This document shows positions 17,133 to 27,774 of a stretch of 35,753 nt of DNA, one piece after another (the stretch's first letter is position 1; every line of letters starts with the position of its first letter). A program made the position numbers and the translations under genes. The notes under the pieces are model-generated. The model did not search any database and had not been told where the DNA came from. It saw only the letters and a list, made by a program, of their open reading frames with translations. This DNA comes from Planctomycetota bacterium. Its GTDB lineage: Bacteria > Planctomycetota > Planctomycetia > Pirellulales > UBA1268. The stretch spans positions 1 to 35,753 of the forward strand of contig VGYP01000002.1 of the NCBI GenBank assembly GCA_016872955.1, read 5' to 3'.

Positions 17133-17669
17133 TCAGCGATCCGGCCCGAACCGCGGTGCAGCGGCGTCCCGCGGCGACAAGACTGGAGGCCCGTTCAGCG
17201 GCCAGTCGATGGCCAGGGTCGGGTCGTCCCAACGGACGCACCGCTCGCAGCCGGGCGCGTAGAAGGCGGTGGCCTTGTAGAGCACCTCGGCCACCTCCGA
17301 GAGGACGAGAAACCCGTGGGCCAGCCCCTCTGGCACCCACAGTTGACGACGGTTGGTGGCCGTGAGTTCCACACCCACCCAGCGGCCGAAGGTCGGCGAG
17401 CCGGGGCGAATGTCGGCGGCCACGTCGAACACGCTGCCCACCACGACCCGCACGAGCTTGCCCTGCGGCTGCGGCTCCTGGTAGTGCAGGCCGCGGAGCA
17501 CGTGCCGGCGACTGGTGCTATGGTTGTCCTGCACGAAGGGAACGGTTCGCCCGACCGCCGCCGCGAAGGCGGCCGCGTTGAAACTCTCGAAGACCGAACC
17601 TCGGTCGTCGCCGAACAGTTGTGGCTCGATCACGAGCACGTCCGGGATGGCGGTGGGCTCGGCCTTCAC
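17133..17669 (-). CDS. rmlC: dTDP-4-dehydrorhamnose 3,5-epimerase
   Basis: Motifs: [71 protein letters not shown]. The likely start is GTG 17669, overlapping the rmlA stop as GTGA. The track ORF extends to 17801 through implausible sequence. Confidence 0.9.
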   Translation of the reverse strand: MKAEPTAIPDVLVIEPQLFGDDRGSVFESFNAAAFAAAVGRTVPFVQDNHSTSRRHVLRGLHYQEPQPQGKLVRVVVGSVFDVAADIRPGSPTFGRWVGVELTATNRRQLWVPEGLAHGFLVLSEVAEVLYKATAFYAPGCERCVRWDDPTLAIDWPLNGPPVLSPRDAAAPRFGPDR

Positions 17670-18553
17670 GGCAGGCGGCCCTCGCCCGGCAGGCCGAGCA
17701 GATACTCGCCGTAGCCGCTCTTGACCAGCGGTCGGGCGAGGTCGGCGAGGGCCTGATCGTCGATCCAGCCGTGCCGCCAGGCGATCTCCTCGGGGCAGCA
17801 AATCTTGAGCCCCTGCCGCTTCTCGAGGGACTGGATGAACTGGGCGGCCTCGATCAGGCTGTCGTGCGTGCCGGTGTCGAGCCAGGCGTCGCCGCGGCCC
17901 ATCAACTCGACCGCCAGCTGGCCCCCTTCGAGGTAGACGCGATTGACGTCGGTGATTTCGAGTTCGCCCCGCGCCGAGGGCTCGATGCCGCGGGCGATGT
18001 CGACGACCTGCTCGTCGTAAAAGTAGAGCCCCGTGACGGCGTAGCGGCTGCGGGGTCGTCGGGGCTTCTCCTCGATCGAGACCGCCCGACCGGCCGCGTC
18101 GAACTCGACGACGCCGTAGCGTTCCGGGTCGGCGACGGGATAGGCGAAGACGGTCGCGCCGGCGGAGCGGGCCGCCGCTGCTGCCAGCCGCTGCGCGAGG
18201 CCGTGGCCGTAGAAGATGTTGTCGCCGAGCACGAGCACCGACGGGCTGCCCGCCAGGAACGCCTCCCCGAGCAGGAAGGCCTGGGCGAGCCCCTCCGGAC
18301 GGGGCTGCTCGGCGTAGGCCAGATGGATGCCCCAGTGGTTTCCGTCGCCGAGCAGCTCGCGAAACCGGGGCGTGTCGTGGGGCGTCGAGATCACGAGGAT
18401 CTCGCGGATGCCCGCCAGCAGGAGCACGCTAAGCGGGTAGTAGATCATCGGCTTGTCGTACACCGGCAGCAGCTGCTTGGAGACCCCGAGCGTGACCGGG
18501 TGGAGCCGGGTGCCGCTGCCGCCGGCCAGGATGATGCCCTTCCGCATGGTCAT
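17666..18553 (-). CDS. rmlA: Glucose-1-phosphate thymidylyltransferase
   Basis: [56 protein letters not shown]. The track start at 18580 is a TTG; ATG 18553 or 18547 is more likely. Confidence 0.92.
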   Translation of the reverse strand: MTMRKGIILAGGSGTRLHPVTLGVSKQLLPVYDKPMIYYPLSVLLLAGIREILVISTPHDTPRFRELLGDGNHWGIHLAYAEQPRPEGLAQAFLLGEAFLAGSPSVLVLGDNIFYGHGLAQRLAAAAARSAGATVFAYPVADPERYGVVEFDAAGRAVSIEEKPRRPRSRYAVTGLYFYDEQVVDIARGIEPSARGELEITDVNRVYLEGGQLAVELMGRGDAWLDTGTHDSLIEAAQFIQSLEKRQGLKICCPEEIAWRHGWIDDQALADLARPLVKSGYGEYLLGLPGEGRLP

Positions 18554-18583
18554 GCCGTGCCCGCCGGGGATCGGACGCAATGC

Positions 18584-19480
18584 TCAGTCGTGGGCGGCCG
18601 CGACCAAGGCCGCGACCGCCGCCCGCACGCCATCTTCCCACCTCGGCAGCCGACGTGCGAGGGCAGCTTCCAGTTTGGCGGTGCACAGCCGCGAGTTGGC
18701 AGGGCGGCGGGCGGCAGTCGGATACTCGGCCGTGGCCAGTGGCCGCACGCCCCCGGGCCGCACCTTGAGCGGCAGACCCGCCGCCCGCGCCTCGGTGAGC
18801 AGCATCTCAGCGTAGGCGTGCCAGGTGGTCTCGCCCCGTGGGGCGAGGTGATAGAGGCCCGGGGCAGGGGCCGCCGCATCCCCGGCGCGCCCGAGAAACT
18901 CGGCGGTGATCTCGGCGATCAGGGCCGCGGGGGTCGGTGCGCCGGTCTGGTCGGCCACCACGGCCAACTCCTCCCGCTCCGCGGCCAGTCGCAGGATCGT
19001 CCGCAGGAAGTTCGCGCCGTGCAGGGCGTACACCCAACTGGTGCGGAACACGTAATGGCGGCCGCCCGCCGCCGCGACCGCCCGCTCCCCGGCGAGCTTC
19101 GTCCGGCCATAGACCGAGCGTGGTCGCGGCGGGTCGGTCTCGGTGCGGCGGCCAGCGGCCTCGCCGTCGAAGACGTAGTCGGTGGAGTAGTGGACGAGCA
19201 CCGCGTCCAGCCGGCGGGCCTCCGCCGCGATCCGGTCGACGGCCGTGGCGTTGACCAGCTCCGCCCGCTCTGGCTCGGCCTCGGCCCGGTCGACGGCGGT
19301 GTAGGCGGCGGCGTTGACGATCACGTCGGGCCGCTCGCGGGCAAGCAGCGACCGCACCGCGTCGGGATGCTCGAGGTCGGCCCGGTCACGGCCGCAGGCG
19401 ATCACCTCGCCCAGGGCCGGCAGCGTCGCGGCCAGTTCGCGGCCCACCTGACCGGTCGCTCCCAAGAGCACGATCCTCAT
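18584..19480 (-). CDS. rmlD: dTDP-4-dehydrorhamnose reductase
   Basis: MRIVLLGATGQVGRELA..., VIVNAAAYTAVDRAEAEPE, LVHYSTDYVFDG, VYGRTKLAGE. The ATG overlaps the upstream stop as ATGA. Confidence 0.9.
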   Translation of the reverse strand: MRIVLLGATGQVGRELAATLPALGEVIACGRDRADLEHPDAVRSLLARERPDVIVNAAAYTAVDRAEAEPERAELVNATAVDRIAAEARRLDAVLVHYSTDYVFDGEAAGRRTETDPPRPRSVYGRTKLAGERAVAAAGGRHYVFRTSWVYALHGANFLRTILRLAAEREELAVVADQTGAPTPAALIAEITAEFLGRAGDAAAPAPGLYHLAPRGETTWHAYAEMLLTEARAAGLPLKVRPGGVRPLATAEYPTAARRPANSRLCTAKLEAALARRLPRWEDGVRAAVAALVAAAHD

Positions 19481-20244
19481 CGCGGCCCCACGTCGGAGGA
19501 TGGGTGGGTGGGCGGATTGAGCCGCCGATAGTCACCGCAGCTGAAATACCTCTCGAGCCAGACGTAGGCCACGATGAAGAAATAGCGGGTGCCCATCTCG
19601 CGGATCCTGAGCTTGGCGATGCCGGTGCGGCGGTTCCGCCAACTGATCGGGATCACCGTCCAGGTGAAGCCGCGGACGATCGCCTTGAGCGGCAGCTCAA
19701 CGGTGATGTTGAAGTGGGGCGAGAGAATCGGCATGCAGCCCTCGATCACCTCCCGACGGTAGGCCTTGAAGGCGTTGGTGGTGTCGTTGAGCCGGATCTG
19801 GAACAGCACCCGCACGAACCAGTTGGCCAGCCGGTTCAGGAACAGCTTCACCCGCGGGTAGTCGACCACGGCACTGCCCTTGATGAAGCGGCTGCCGAAG
19901 ACGCAATCCCAGCCCTCGCCGAGCAGGCGCCAGTAGCGGACGACGTCGCTGGGGTCGTCGCTCTGGTCGGCCATCATGATCACCACGGCGTCGCCGCTGA
20001 AGGCGGCCAGCCCCCGCTGGATCGCCCGACCGAAGCCGTGCGGGCCCGGGTTCCTCACCGGCACGAGTACGGCGATCCGCGCGGCCAGCTGTTCGAGCAG
20101 GCTCCAGGTCGCGTCGGTCGAGCCGTCGTCGACCACGACGATCTCGTGAGGCACGCCCTGGAACGTGAGCTCGGCATCGAGGTGTTCCACGGTCGAGGCG
20201 ATGCAGCCCTCCTCGTCGCGGGCCGGGATCACGACCGACAGCAT
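19477..20244 (-). CDS. Family 2 glycosyltransferase, polyprenol-phosphate sugar synthase type (GtrB/ArnC/DPM1-like)
   Basis: The internal ATG 20244 gives MLSVVIPARDEEGCI...IVVVDDGSTDAT...VIMMADQSDDPSD...NDTTNAFKAYRREV. The upstream 172 aa of track ORF 19477..20760 are Arg/Pro/Ser-rich and overlap the preceding gene. Confidence 0.8.
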   Translation of the reverse strand: MLSVVIPARDEEGCIASTVEHLDAELTFQGVPHEIVVVDDGSTDATWSLLEQLAARIAVLVPVRNPGPHGFGRAIQRGLAAFSGDAVVIMMADQSDDPSDVVRYWRLLGEGWDCVFGSRFIKGSAVVDYPRVKLFLNRLANWFVRVLFQIRLNDTTNAFKAYRREVIEGCMPILSPHFNITVELPLKAIVRGFTWTVIPISWRNRRTGIAKLRIREMGTRYFFIVAYVWLERYFSCGDYRRLNPPTHPSSDVGPR

Positions 20245-20284
20245 GCGGGGTGGCGCGGGGCGAGGCGGCCAGGCCGCCGTCCGC

Positions 20285-21370
20285 TCAGCCGTCGCAGCGG
20301 TCGAGCCAGCCTGGATGGCGTTCGGCATGGTCGGCGATTTCCTCGAAGATGCTTGGTGCGTTGCGTGCCGGCCGCCAGCCATGGCGGGCCGTCGCGGCGG
20401 AGTGGTCGAGCACGACCCAGGGCAGGTCGTAGGGCCGGATTTCGGTCGACGCTCCCACATCATGGTGCCCGAAGCGTGCGGCGCACCAGGCCGAAAGCTC
20501 GGCCAGGCTCGTCGCCGCGGCCGCGCCCCCCGCCGCGTTGACGAGTTCGGGCGCGCCCGGTCTGACCGCGGCCATCTGCATGACCAGCAGATCGGCCAGG
20601 TCGTCGGGATGGAGGCAGTCGCGGACCTGCAGGCCGCGACCGCCGAAGCCGATCGTGGCGAGCGGTCGCCGGGCGGCCCAGCGGTGGATCCACCAGGAGA
20701 AGATGCCCTGGTCGGCCCGGCCGAACTGCCCCGCCCCCGCCAGCACGCCGCAGCGGTCAATCACCAGCGGCGTGCCGGCGGCGTTCGCGTATTCGCCGGC
20801 GAGCGTCTCGCCGGCGAGCTTCGTCGCGCCGTAGAGCGAACAGGGCGGCCCGGCCGGAAAGTCCTCGCGGATGCCGGCGGCCGACACGCCCGGCGGCAGG
20901 GGCCGCGTCTCGTCGAGGGCGAAGCAGGCGGCGCCGCGGCCGGCCCGCTTCACCATCGGCAGGGCGGCGAGGGCCGGGATCGCATACACGCGGCTGGTGC
21001 TCAGGAGCACGACGCCGGCCTGCCAGCGGGCGGCGGCCTCCAGCAGGTTGACGGTGCCCAGCAGGTTGTGGTCGACCAGTTGCCGGCGGCCGGTGTGCCC
21101 GCCGGCGGCTGTGCCGGCCAGCACGCTCGGCTCGGCGGCCGCGTCGATCACCCAGTCGACCGGTCCAAGCGGGTCGATGTCGGCGGCCAGTCGCACGTCG
21201 CCGTGCACGACGCGCACGCCGCGGGCCTCGAGATCGGCCACGTTGGTCTCAGAGCCACGGCGACGGAGGCTGTCGATCACCGTGATCGAGACACCCGTGC
21301 GGGCAGCCAGCAGTCGCCGGCAGATCGCCGCCCCCACGAACCCACAGCCGCCGGCGAGGAGAATCTTCAT
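20285..21370 (-). CDS. NAD-dependent epimerase/dehydratase (extended SDR, CDP-paratose-2-epimerase-like)
   Basis: MKILLAGGCGFVGAAICRRL..., VIDAAAEPSV, NLLGTVNLLEAA, LLSTSRVYAI, YGATKLAGE. Confidence 0.8.
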   Translation of the reverse strand: MKILLAGGCGFVGAAICRRLLAARTGVSITVIDSLRRRGSETNVADLEARGVRVVHGDVRLAADIDPLGPVDWVIDAAAEPSVLAGTAAGGHTGRRQLVDHNLLGTVNLLEAAARWQAGVVLLSTSRVYAIPALAALPMVKRAGRGAACFALDETRPLPPGVSAAGIREDFPAGPPCSLYGATKLAGETLAGEYANAAGTPLVIDRCGVLAGAGQFGRADQGIFSWWIHRWAARRPLATIGFGGRGLQVRDCLHPDDLADLLVMQMAAVRPGAPELVNAAGGAAAATSLAELSAWCAARFGHHDVGASTEIRPYDLPWVVLDHSAATARHGWRPARNAPSIFEEIADHAERHPGWLDRCDG

Positions 21371-21380
21371 GCGGGTGGAC

Positions 21381-22454
21381 TCAGGTGGCGGAGCCCGCCC
21401 GCCGCAGGTGGGCCTCGACGAGCTGGTCGAAGGTCTCCCCGAGGGAGATCTCAGGCCGCCAGCCGGGGTAGTCGGCCTGCATCCGCCGCAGGTCGGAGTA
21501 GTAACAGATATGGTCGCCGGCCCGGGCCCGCTCGTCGTAGACCCAGTCCATGACCTTGCCGGTGCGGGCAGCCGACATCGCGAAGGCCTCCAGGATGGAA
21601 CAGGTGTTGGCCTTGCCGCCGCCGATGTTGTAGACCGCCGCGGACCGAGGGGCGTCCAGGAACCTGCCGATGAAGGCGGCCACGTCGGCGGCGTGGATGT
21701 TGTCGCGGACCTGCTTGCCCTTGGAGCCGAACACGGTGTAGCGGCGGCCCTCGAGGTTGCACTTCACGAGATAGCTCAAAAAGCCGTGCAGCTCGACACC
21801 GGTGTGGGCCGGTCCGGTGAGACAGCCGCCGCGGAGGCAGCAGGTGGGCATGTCGAAGTAGCGGCCGTATTCCTGCACCAGCACGTCACCGGCGACCTTC
21901 GATGCGCCGAACAGGGAGTGCTTGCTCTGGTCGATCCGCAGCGACTCCGGGATGCCGTGGGCGTAGGCCGGGTCGGCGTAGTCCCAGCGGGTGTCGAGTT
22001 CGACGAGCGGAATCTCGTTGGGCGCATCACCGTAGACCTTGTTCGTGCTCATGTGCACGAACGCACTCTCGGGGCAGGCGCGGCGGGCGGCCTCGAGGAG
22101 GTTGAGCGTGCCGACGGCATTGGTGTCGAAATCGTCGAAGGGAATCGCCGCGGCTCGGTCGTGGGACGGCTGGGCGGCGGTATGGACGATCGCCACGGGC
22201 CGGACCTCGGCGACAAGGGCGAGCACGCCGGCCCGGTCGCGGACGTCGAGTTCGTGGTGGCGGAAGCGACGCAGCGTCGCGGTCAGCCGCTCCTGGTTCC
22301 AGCGCGTGTCGCCGGCGGGACCGAAGAAGACGGCCCGCTGGTTGTTGTCGACGCCGTGCACCTCCCAGCCACGGGCGTCGAAGTGGCCGGCCACTTCGCT
22401 GCCGATCAGCCCCGAGGAGCCGGTCACGAGGATCCTCCGCGCCGGATCGCTCAT
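21381..22454 (-). CDS. NAD-dependent epimerase/dehydratase (extended SDR, CDP-paratose-2-epimerase-like)
   Basis: [68 protein letters not shown]. The ATG overlaps the rmlB stop as ATGA. Confidence 0.85.
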   Translation of the reverse strand: MSDPARRILVTGSSGLIGSEVAGHFDARGWEVHGVDNNQRAVFFGPAGDTRWNQERLTATLRRFRHHELDVRDRAGVLALVAEVRPVAIVHTAAQPSHDRAAAIPFDDFDTNAVGTLNLLEAARRACPESAFVHMSTNKVYGDAPNEIPLVELDTRWDYADPAYAHGIPESLRIDQSKHSLFGASKVAGDVLVQEYGRYFDMPTCCLRGGCLTGPAHTGVELHGFLSYLVKCNLEGRRYTVFGSKGKQVRDNIHAADVAAFIGRFLDAPRSAAVYNIGGGKANTCSILEAFAMSAARTGKVMDWVYDERARAGDHICYYSDLRRMQADYPGWRPEISLGETFDQLVEAHLRRAGSAT

Positions 22455-23548
22455 CCGTCCGCTCCCCGGGCCGGCGTCAGCCCCCGCTCGTCCGCCGCGT
22501 AGTGCCGGCCGATCCAGTCGCGATAGCCGCCGCTGGTCACGTCGGCGACCCAGTCGCCGTGGTCGAGATACCAGCGGACGGTCTTGCGGAGGCCGGTCTC
22601 GAACGACTCCCGCGGCCGCCAGCCGAGCTCAGTCGTGATCTTGCCGTGGTCGATCGCGTAGCGGCGGTCGTGGCCGGGACGGTCGGCGACGAAGGTGATT
22701 TGCTCGGCATACCGCCTGCCGTCCGCCGGGGGCGACTCCTCGTCGAGGATCCGGCAGAGCAGGCCGACCACGTCGATGTTCGCCAGTTCGCTCGTACCGC
22801 CGATGCAGTAGACCTCCCCGGGTCGGCCGGCCTCCAGCACCAGCCGGATCGCCGCACAGTGATCGGTCACGTAGAGCCAGTCGCGGACCTGGCGGCCGTC
22901 GCCGTAGATCGGCAGGGGCTCGCCGGCGAGCGCCCGGTGGATGCACAGCGGGATTAGCTTCTCAGGGAACTGCCAGGGGCCATAGTTGTTGGAGCAGTTG
23001 GTCGTGACCACCGGCAGGCCGAACGTGTGGTGATGGCCGCGGGCGAGGTGGTCACTGGCCGCCTTGCTGGCCGCGTAGGGGCTGTTGGGGCGGTATTGGC
23101 TCCGCTCGCTGAAGGGGGGGTCGGTGGGGCCGAGCGTGCCGTAGACCTCGTCGGTGGAGACGTGCAGGAAGCGAAACCGGTCCCGTTCGGTCGGCGGCAG
23201 GTCGGCCCGGTGGGCCCGCGCAGCCTCCAGCAGTCGGAACGTCCCGACCACGTTGGTGGCCACGAAATCCTCGGGCCCGTGGATCGAGCGATCGACGTGG
23301 CTCTCGGCGGCAAAGTGGACGATCGCCCGCACGCGGTGATCCGCCAGCAGCCGCGCCACGAGGTCGCGGTCGGCGATGTCGCCCCGCACGAAGATGTGCC
23401 GCGGATCATCGGCGAGGGCGTCGAGGTTGCGGAGGTTGCCGGCGTAGGTGAGTTTGTCGAGCGTCACGACCGGCTCGTCACCGGCCGCGAGCCAGTCGAG
23501 CACGAAGTTCGAGCCGATGAAGCCGGCGCCGCCGGTGACGAGGATCAT
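22451..23548 (-). CDS. rmlB: dTDP-glucose 4,6-dehydratase
   Basis: ATG 23548 gives [16 protein letters not shown]...DKLTYAGNL...[12 protein letters not shown]...HVSTDEVYG...[11 protein letters not shown]...[17 protein letters not shown]. The upstream 187 aa of the track ORF are not protein-like. Confidence 0.92.
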   Translation of the reverse strand: MILVTGGAGFIGSNFVLDWLAAGDEPVVTLDKLTYAGNLRNLDALADDPRHIFVRGDIADRDLVARLLADHRVRAIVHFAAESHVDRSIHGPEDFVATNVVGTFRLLEAARAHRADLPPTERDRFRFLHVSTDEVYGTLGPTDPPFSERSQYRPNSPYAASKAASDHLARGHHHTFGLPVVTTNCSNNYGPWQFPEKLIPLCIHRALAGEPLPIYGDGRQVRDWLYVTDHCAAIRLVLEAGRPGEVYCIGGTSELANIDVVGLLCRILDEESPPADGRRYAEQITFVADRPGHDRRYAIDHGKITTELGWRPRESFETGLRKTVRWYLDHGDWVADVTSGGYRDWIGRHYAADERGLTPARGADG

Positions 23549-23635
23549 GGATGCGCTCCGGGGCGGCCGCGGGTGCCCGGCCGAACGGGTACCGGCGGCC
23601 GGCCTGAGGCCGCCCGCGTCCCGAGGCCTCCAAGG

Positions 23636-23681
23636 ATACCCCCCGGGAACGGCCGCAGCACGACGAATCAGGGGGTATGAT
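23636..23681. promoter_or_regulatory. Inverted repeat (ATACCCCC / GGGGGTAT, 27-nt spacer) whose right arm overlaps a -10-like TATGAT, in the rmlB/queD divergent gap
   Basis: Arms at 23636-23643 and 23671-23678, TATGAT at 23676-23681. The element lies in the 186-nt gap between divergent starts at 23548 (-) and 23735 (+). Confidence 0.3.
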
Positions 23682-23734
23682 TGGTGCAATCGCTGCGGTC
23701 GGCACCGCCGATCGGCCCGCGTTCTTTCCGCCCG

Positions 23735-25281
<1,547 letters not shown>

Positions 25282-25370
25282 ATCACGCCCCCGTGAGGGG
25301 AGTCTGCGTTGACCGCCTGGCCCATCTCGGGGGTGAGGTATGATCTGCCGATATGCGGAGAGGAGGTCGA

Positions 25371-26396
25371 ATGCAGGTATCGCGAGTGGCCAGGCGCAGC
25401 CTCGTACAGCCATGGCGATGGTGTCGGCGTCGCCCAGGTTTCACGCTCGTCGAGTTGCTCGTGGTGATCGCCATCATCGCGTCGCTGATCGGCCTTCTCC
25501 TGCCGGCGGTGCAGTCGGCCCGTGAATCGGGCCGACGGTCGCGATGCGGCCTCAACCTCAGGCAATTGCAACTGGCTGTCCTCGGCCACGAATCGACGAA
25601 GCGGCGGTTGCCGGCCGGCTACGTCAGCGAGGCGGGCCGGACGCCGGTCGACGGCGTGACACTCGACAGGCCACCCGGCACTGGCTGGGGGATGCTGATC
25701 GCTTCGTATCTTGAGGAGGCCGACCTGGCCGCGGATTACGTCGCCAGCGTCGGACAGGGCATCGGTGCGCCTGCCAATCAGCGGGTTGTCACGAAGCCGT
25801 TGCCCGTCTACCGCTGCCCGTCGGATGGCGGGCCGTCGACGCCCTTCGAGGTCCAGACGGTGGCCGGGGCCAGGCATTCCTCGGGTGCACTCCTGGCCCG
25901 GTCGAGCTATGTCGCCAACTGCGGCCGAGACGAGCCGTGGAAGGACGCCATCGAGGATTGGAAGGACAAGGCCGACGGCCCGCTGTATCGCAACTCCTGG
26001 TTGCGGATCGGCCAGATCGTCGACGGCATGTCGAAGACGGTGTTTCTCGGTGAACACTCGCAGCGGGTCTCCCAGAAAGCCTGGGCCGGCACCATCCCTG
26101 GCGCGTCTAGCCAGCCGAGTGACTCGTTCATGAGGATGACCGGTTCCAGCGCCGACGAGGCGGCCACGCTCCTGTTGGTGCACAGCGGTCCGGCGCCGGG
26201 CGAAGACCTCGTGATCCATGCGCCCAACGACCCCATCGCCCATGTTTGCCAGATGTATTCCGATCACCCAGGCGGCTGCAACGTCTCGCTGGGCGACGGC
26301 GCGGTGCGATTCGTGTCCGATTCCATCAACCACGACGTCTGGGCCGCCATGTCAAGCATTGACGGCGGCGAAATGGTGGCCATCGATGGCCAATGA
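25371..26396 (+). CDS. DUF1559 / H-X9-DG protein with a prepilin-type N-terminal cleavage/methylation domain
   Basis: RRRPG|FTLVELLVVIAIIASLIGLLLPAVQSARE (G-F...E+5, nt 25437 onward) and HPGGCNVSLGDG (H-X9-DG, nt 26265-26300). AGGAGG at 25361-25366 precedes ATG 25371. The track start 25353 is an alternative. Confidence 0.85.
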   Translation: MQVSRVARRSLVQPWRWCRRRPGFTLVELLVVIAIIASLIGLLLPAVQSARESGRRSRCGLNLRQLQLAVLGHESTKRRLPAGYVSEAGRTPVDGVTLDRPPGTGWGMLIASYLEEADLAADYVASVGQGIGAPANQRVVTKPLPVYRCPSDGGPSTPFEVQTVAGARHSSGALLARSSYVANCGRDEPWKDAIEDWKDKADGPLYRNSWLRIGQIVDGMSKTVFLGEHSQRVSQKAWAGTIPGASSQPSDSFMRMTGSSADEAATLLLVHSGPAPGEDLVIHAPNDPIAHVCQMYSDHPGGCNVSLGDGAVRFVSDSINHDVWAAMSSIDGGEMVAIDGQ

Positions 26397-26733
26397 GCAG
26401 ATGCTGCCGGCGGCGCGAAGAAGGTGGTGGCGCCGCAGGCTGCTGCTCGCCGCGGTCCTCGCCGGCCTGACGCCCTGCGCCGGGTGCCACCCCACGGCGC
26501 CCCGCGTCGAGTTCGCCAATCGACGATTCTCAGGCGCGCTGCGAACTGCCACCAACACCAAAAACCCGCAGCGACTGGCCGCGGCCAAGAAGTCGATCGA
26601 ACAGGCGGTCGCCGCCCGTGAGATCGGACTCGAGGAACACGCCTGGTATGAGGAGATCATCGCCCTGGCCGAGGCCGGCGACTGGGAGAGGGCGGAACGC
26701 AGGACGATCGAGTTCCGTCGCGACCAGCGATGA
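26386..26733 (+). CDS. Small hypothetical exported protein (possible lipoprotein)
   Basis: MANEQMLPAARRRWWRRRLLLAAVLAGLTPCAGC..., an Arg-rich n-region, a hydrophobic core and Cys residues, followed by a helical Ala/Glu-rich body. It overlaps the DUF1559 gene end by 11 nt. ATG 26401 is an alternative start. Confidence 0.5.
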   Translation: MANEQMLPAARRRWWRRRLLLAAVLAGLTPCAGCHPTAPRVEFANRRFSGALRTATNTKNPQRLAAAKKSIEQAVAAREIGLEEHAWYEEIIALAEAGDWERAERRTIEFRRDQR

Positions 26734-26759
26734 TCGCGATGCCTCGGGCAGGCGGACGG

Positions 26760-27305
26760 TCAGTCGCCGGGACGGAAGGCCGCGAGCCTGACGGGATTCG
26801 TCTCCAGCCGCGGAGGGTCGGCGACGCCCGTCTGGATCAGGTCGACGCAGTAGGGGATCGCCGGGAAGACGGCGTCGAGGCACTCGCGGATGCTCCGCGG
26901 CCGGCCCGGCAGGTTGACCACCAGCGCGCGGCCGCAGACGCCGGCGGTCTGCCGCGACAGGATCGCGGTGGGCACGTGCGCAAGTGAGACCTTCCGCATC
27001 AACTCGCCGAAGCCGGGCAGGAGTTTCGTGCAGGCCCGCTCGGTCGCCTCGGGCGTGACGTCGCGGGGCGTAGGGCCGGTGCCGCCGGTGGTCACGATCA
27101 GGCAGCAGCCGGCGGCCGCCAGGTCGTGGATCGCCGTCGCGAGCGCGTCGAGGTCGTCCGGCACGAGTCGCTGCCGCGGTTCCCAAGGGCTCGCCAGCAC
27201 CTCCGCGAGATAGGACCGGATCGCCGGGCCCCCCTCGTCGGCATAGTCACCGCGGCTGGCGCGATCCGAGACGGTGAGGATACCGATCAGGGCGATGGGC
27301 GGCAT
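26760..27305 (-). CDS. mogA: Molybdopterin adenylyltransferase (MogA/MoaB family)
   Basis: ILTVSDRASRGDYADEGGP, LIVTTGGTGPTPRDVTPEA, GFGELMR, LVVNLPGRPRSIREC. Confidence 0.85.
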   Translation of the reverse strand: MPPIALIGILTVSDRASRGDYADEGGPAIRSYLAEVLASPWEPRQRLVPDDLDALATAIHDLAAAGCCLIVTTGGTGPTPRDVTPEATERACTKLLPGFGELMRKVSLAHVPTAILSRQTAGVCGRALVVNLPGRPRSIRECLDAVFPAIPYCVDLIQTGVADPPRLETNPVRLAAFRPGD

Positions 27306-27314
27306 GGCGGGCGG

Positions 27315-27698
27315 TCAGCGGTGTTGGTCGTCGGGCCAGGCGAACAGGCGGATCCGATTGCCGTCGGGATCGGCGACCACCAGTTCCCGGAACCCCTCGG
27401 GATGGAGAGCGGGTGGCGGCACGTCGCCGCCCGCGGATACAAACCGTTCGCGGACGGCGTCGAGGTCGGTCGCCTCGAACCCCAGGCTCCAGCGGCGGCT
27501 CGCCGGATCGGTCACGTCGCGGCCCAGGATCGCCAGGCGAGCGGGGCCCGCCGCGAACAACGCATAGCGGTCGTCCTCCACCCGCAGCAGCACCTTGAGC
27601 CCGACCAGTTCGCGGTACCAGGCCACGAGGTCGGCCCAGCGAGTGGTGCGAATTTCGACCGCAAACAGCGTCGGGGCGAGATGGTCGAGGGCGGTCAT
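27315..27698 (-). CDS. VOC (glyoxalase/bleomycin-resistance fold) family protein
   Basis: The internal ATG 27698 gives MTALDHLAPTLFAVEIRTTRWADLVAWYRELVGLKV...VVADPDGNRIRLF. It ends 9 nt upstream of mogA. The longer track ORF's N-terminus is not protein-like. Confidence 0.7.
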   Translation of the reverse strand: MTALDHLAPTLFAVEIRTTRWADLVAWYRELVGLKVLLRVEDDRYALFAAGPARLAILGRDVTDPASRRWSLGFEATDLDAVRERFVSAGGDVPPPALHPEGFRELVVADPDGNRIRLFAWPDDQHR

Positions 27699-27753
27699 GC
27701 GGCGGCGATCGGTCGGGATGACCCAGGGTTGTAGCAGACGCTGGAACCAGGCT

Positions 27754-27774
27754 GTCGCCGCAGGAGGCGGCGAC
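27754..27774. other. GC-rich hairpin (8-bp perfect stem, 5-nt AGGAG loop) in the VOC/lysS divergent gap
   Basis: GTCGCCGC-AGGAG-GCGGCGAC at 27754-27774, with the same geometry as the hairpin at 17112-17132. Confidence 0.25.

Noticed and set aside
17621-19531. 636-aa plus-strand ORF across rmlA and rmlD
   Set aside because: It is antisense to two unmistakable rml genes and has no motifs of its own.
20165-22502. 462-aa (20165..21553) and 543-aa (20871..22502) plus-strand ORFs, and the 172-aa N-terminal extension of 19477..20760
   Set aside because: They are antisense or off-frame to the two SDR genes and Arg/Gly/Ala/Pro-rich. The GT2 homology starts at ATG 20244.
25282-25305. Small CCCC-GTGA-GGGG hairpin after the hemB stop, as a possible terminator
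   Set aside because: The stem is only 4-5 bp with no U-tract, which is indistinguishable from chance in this base composition.
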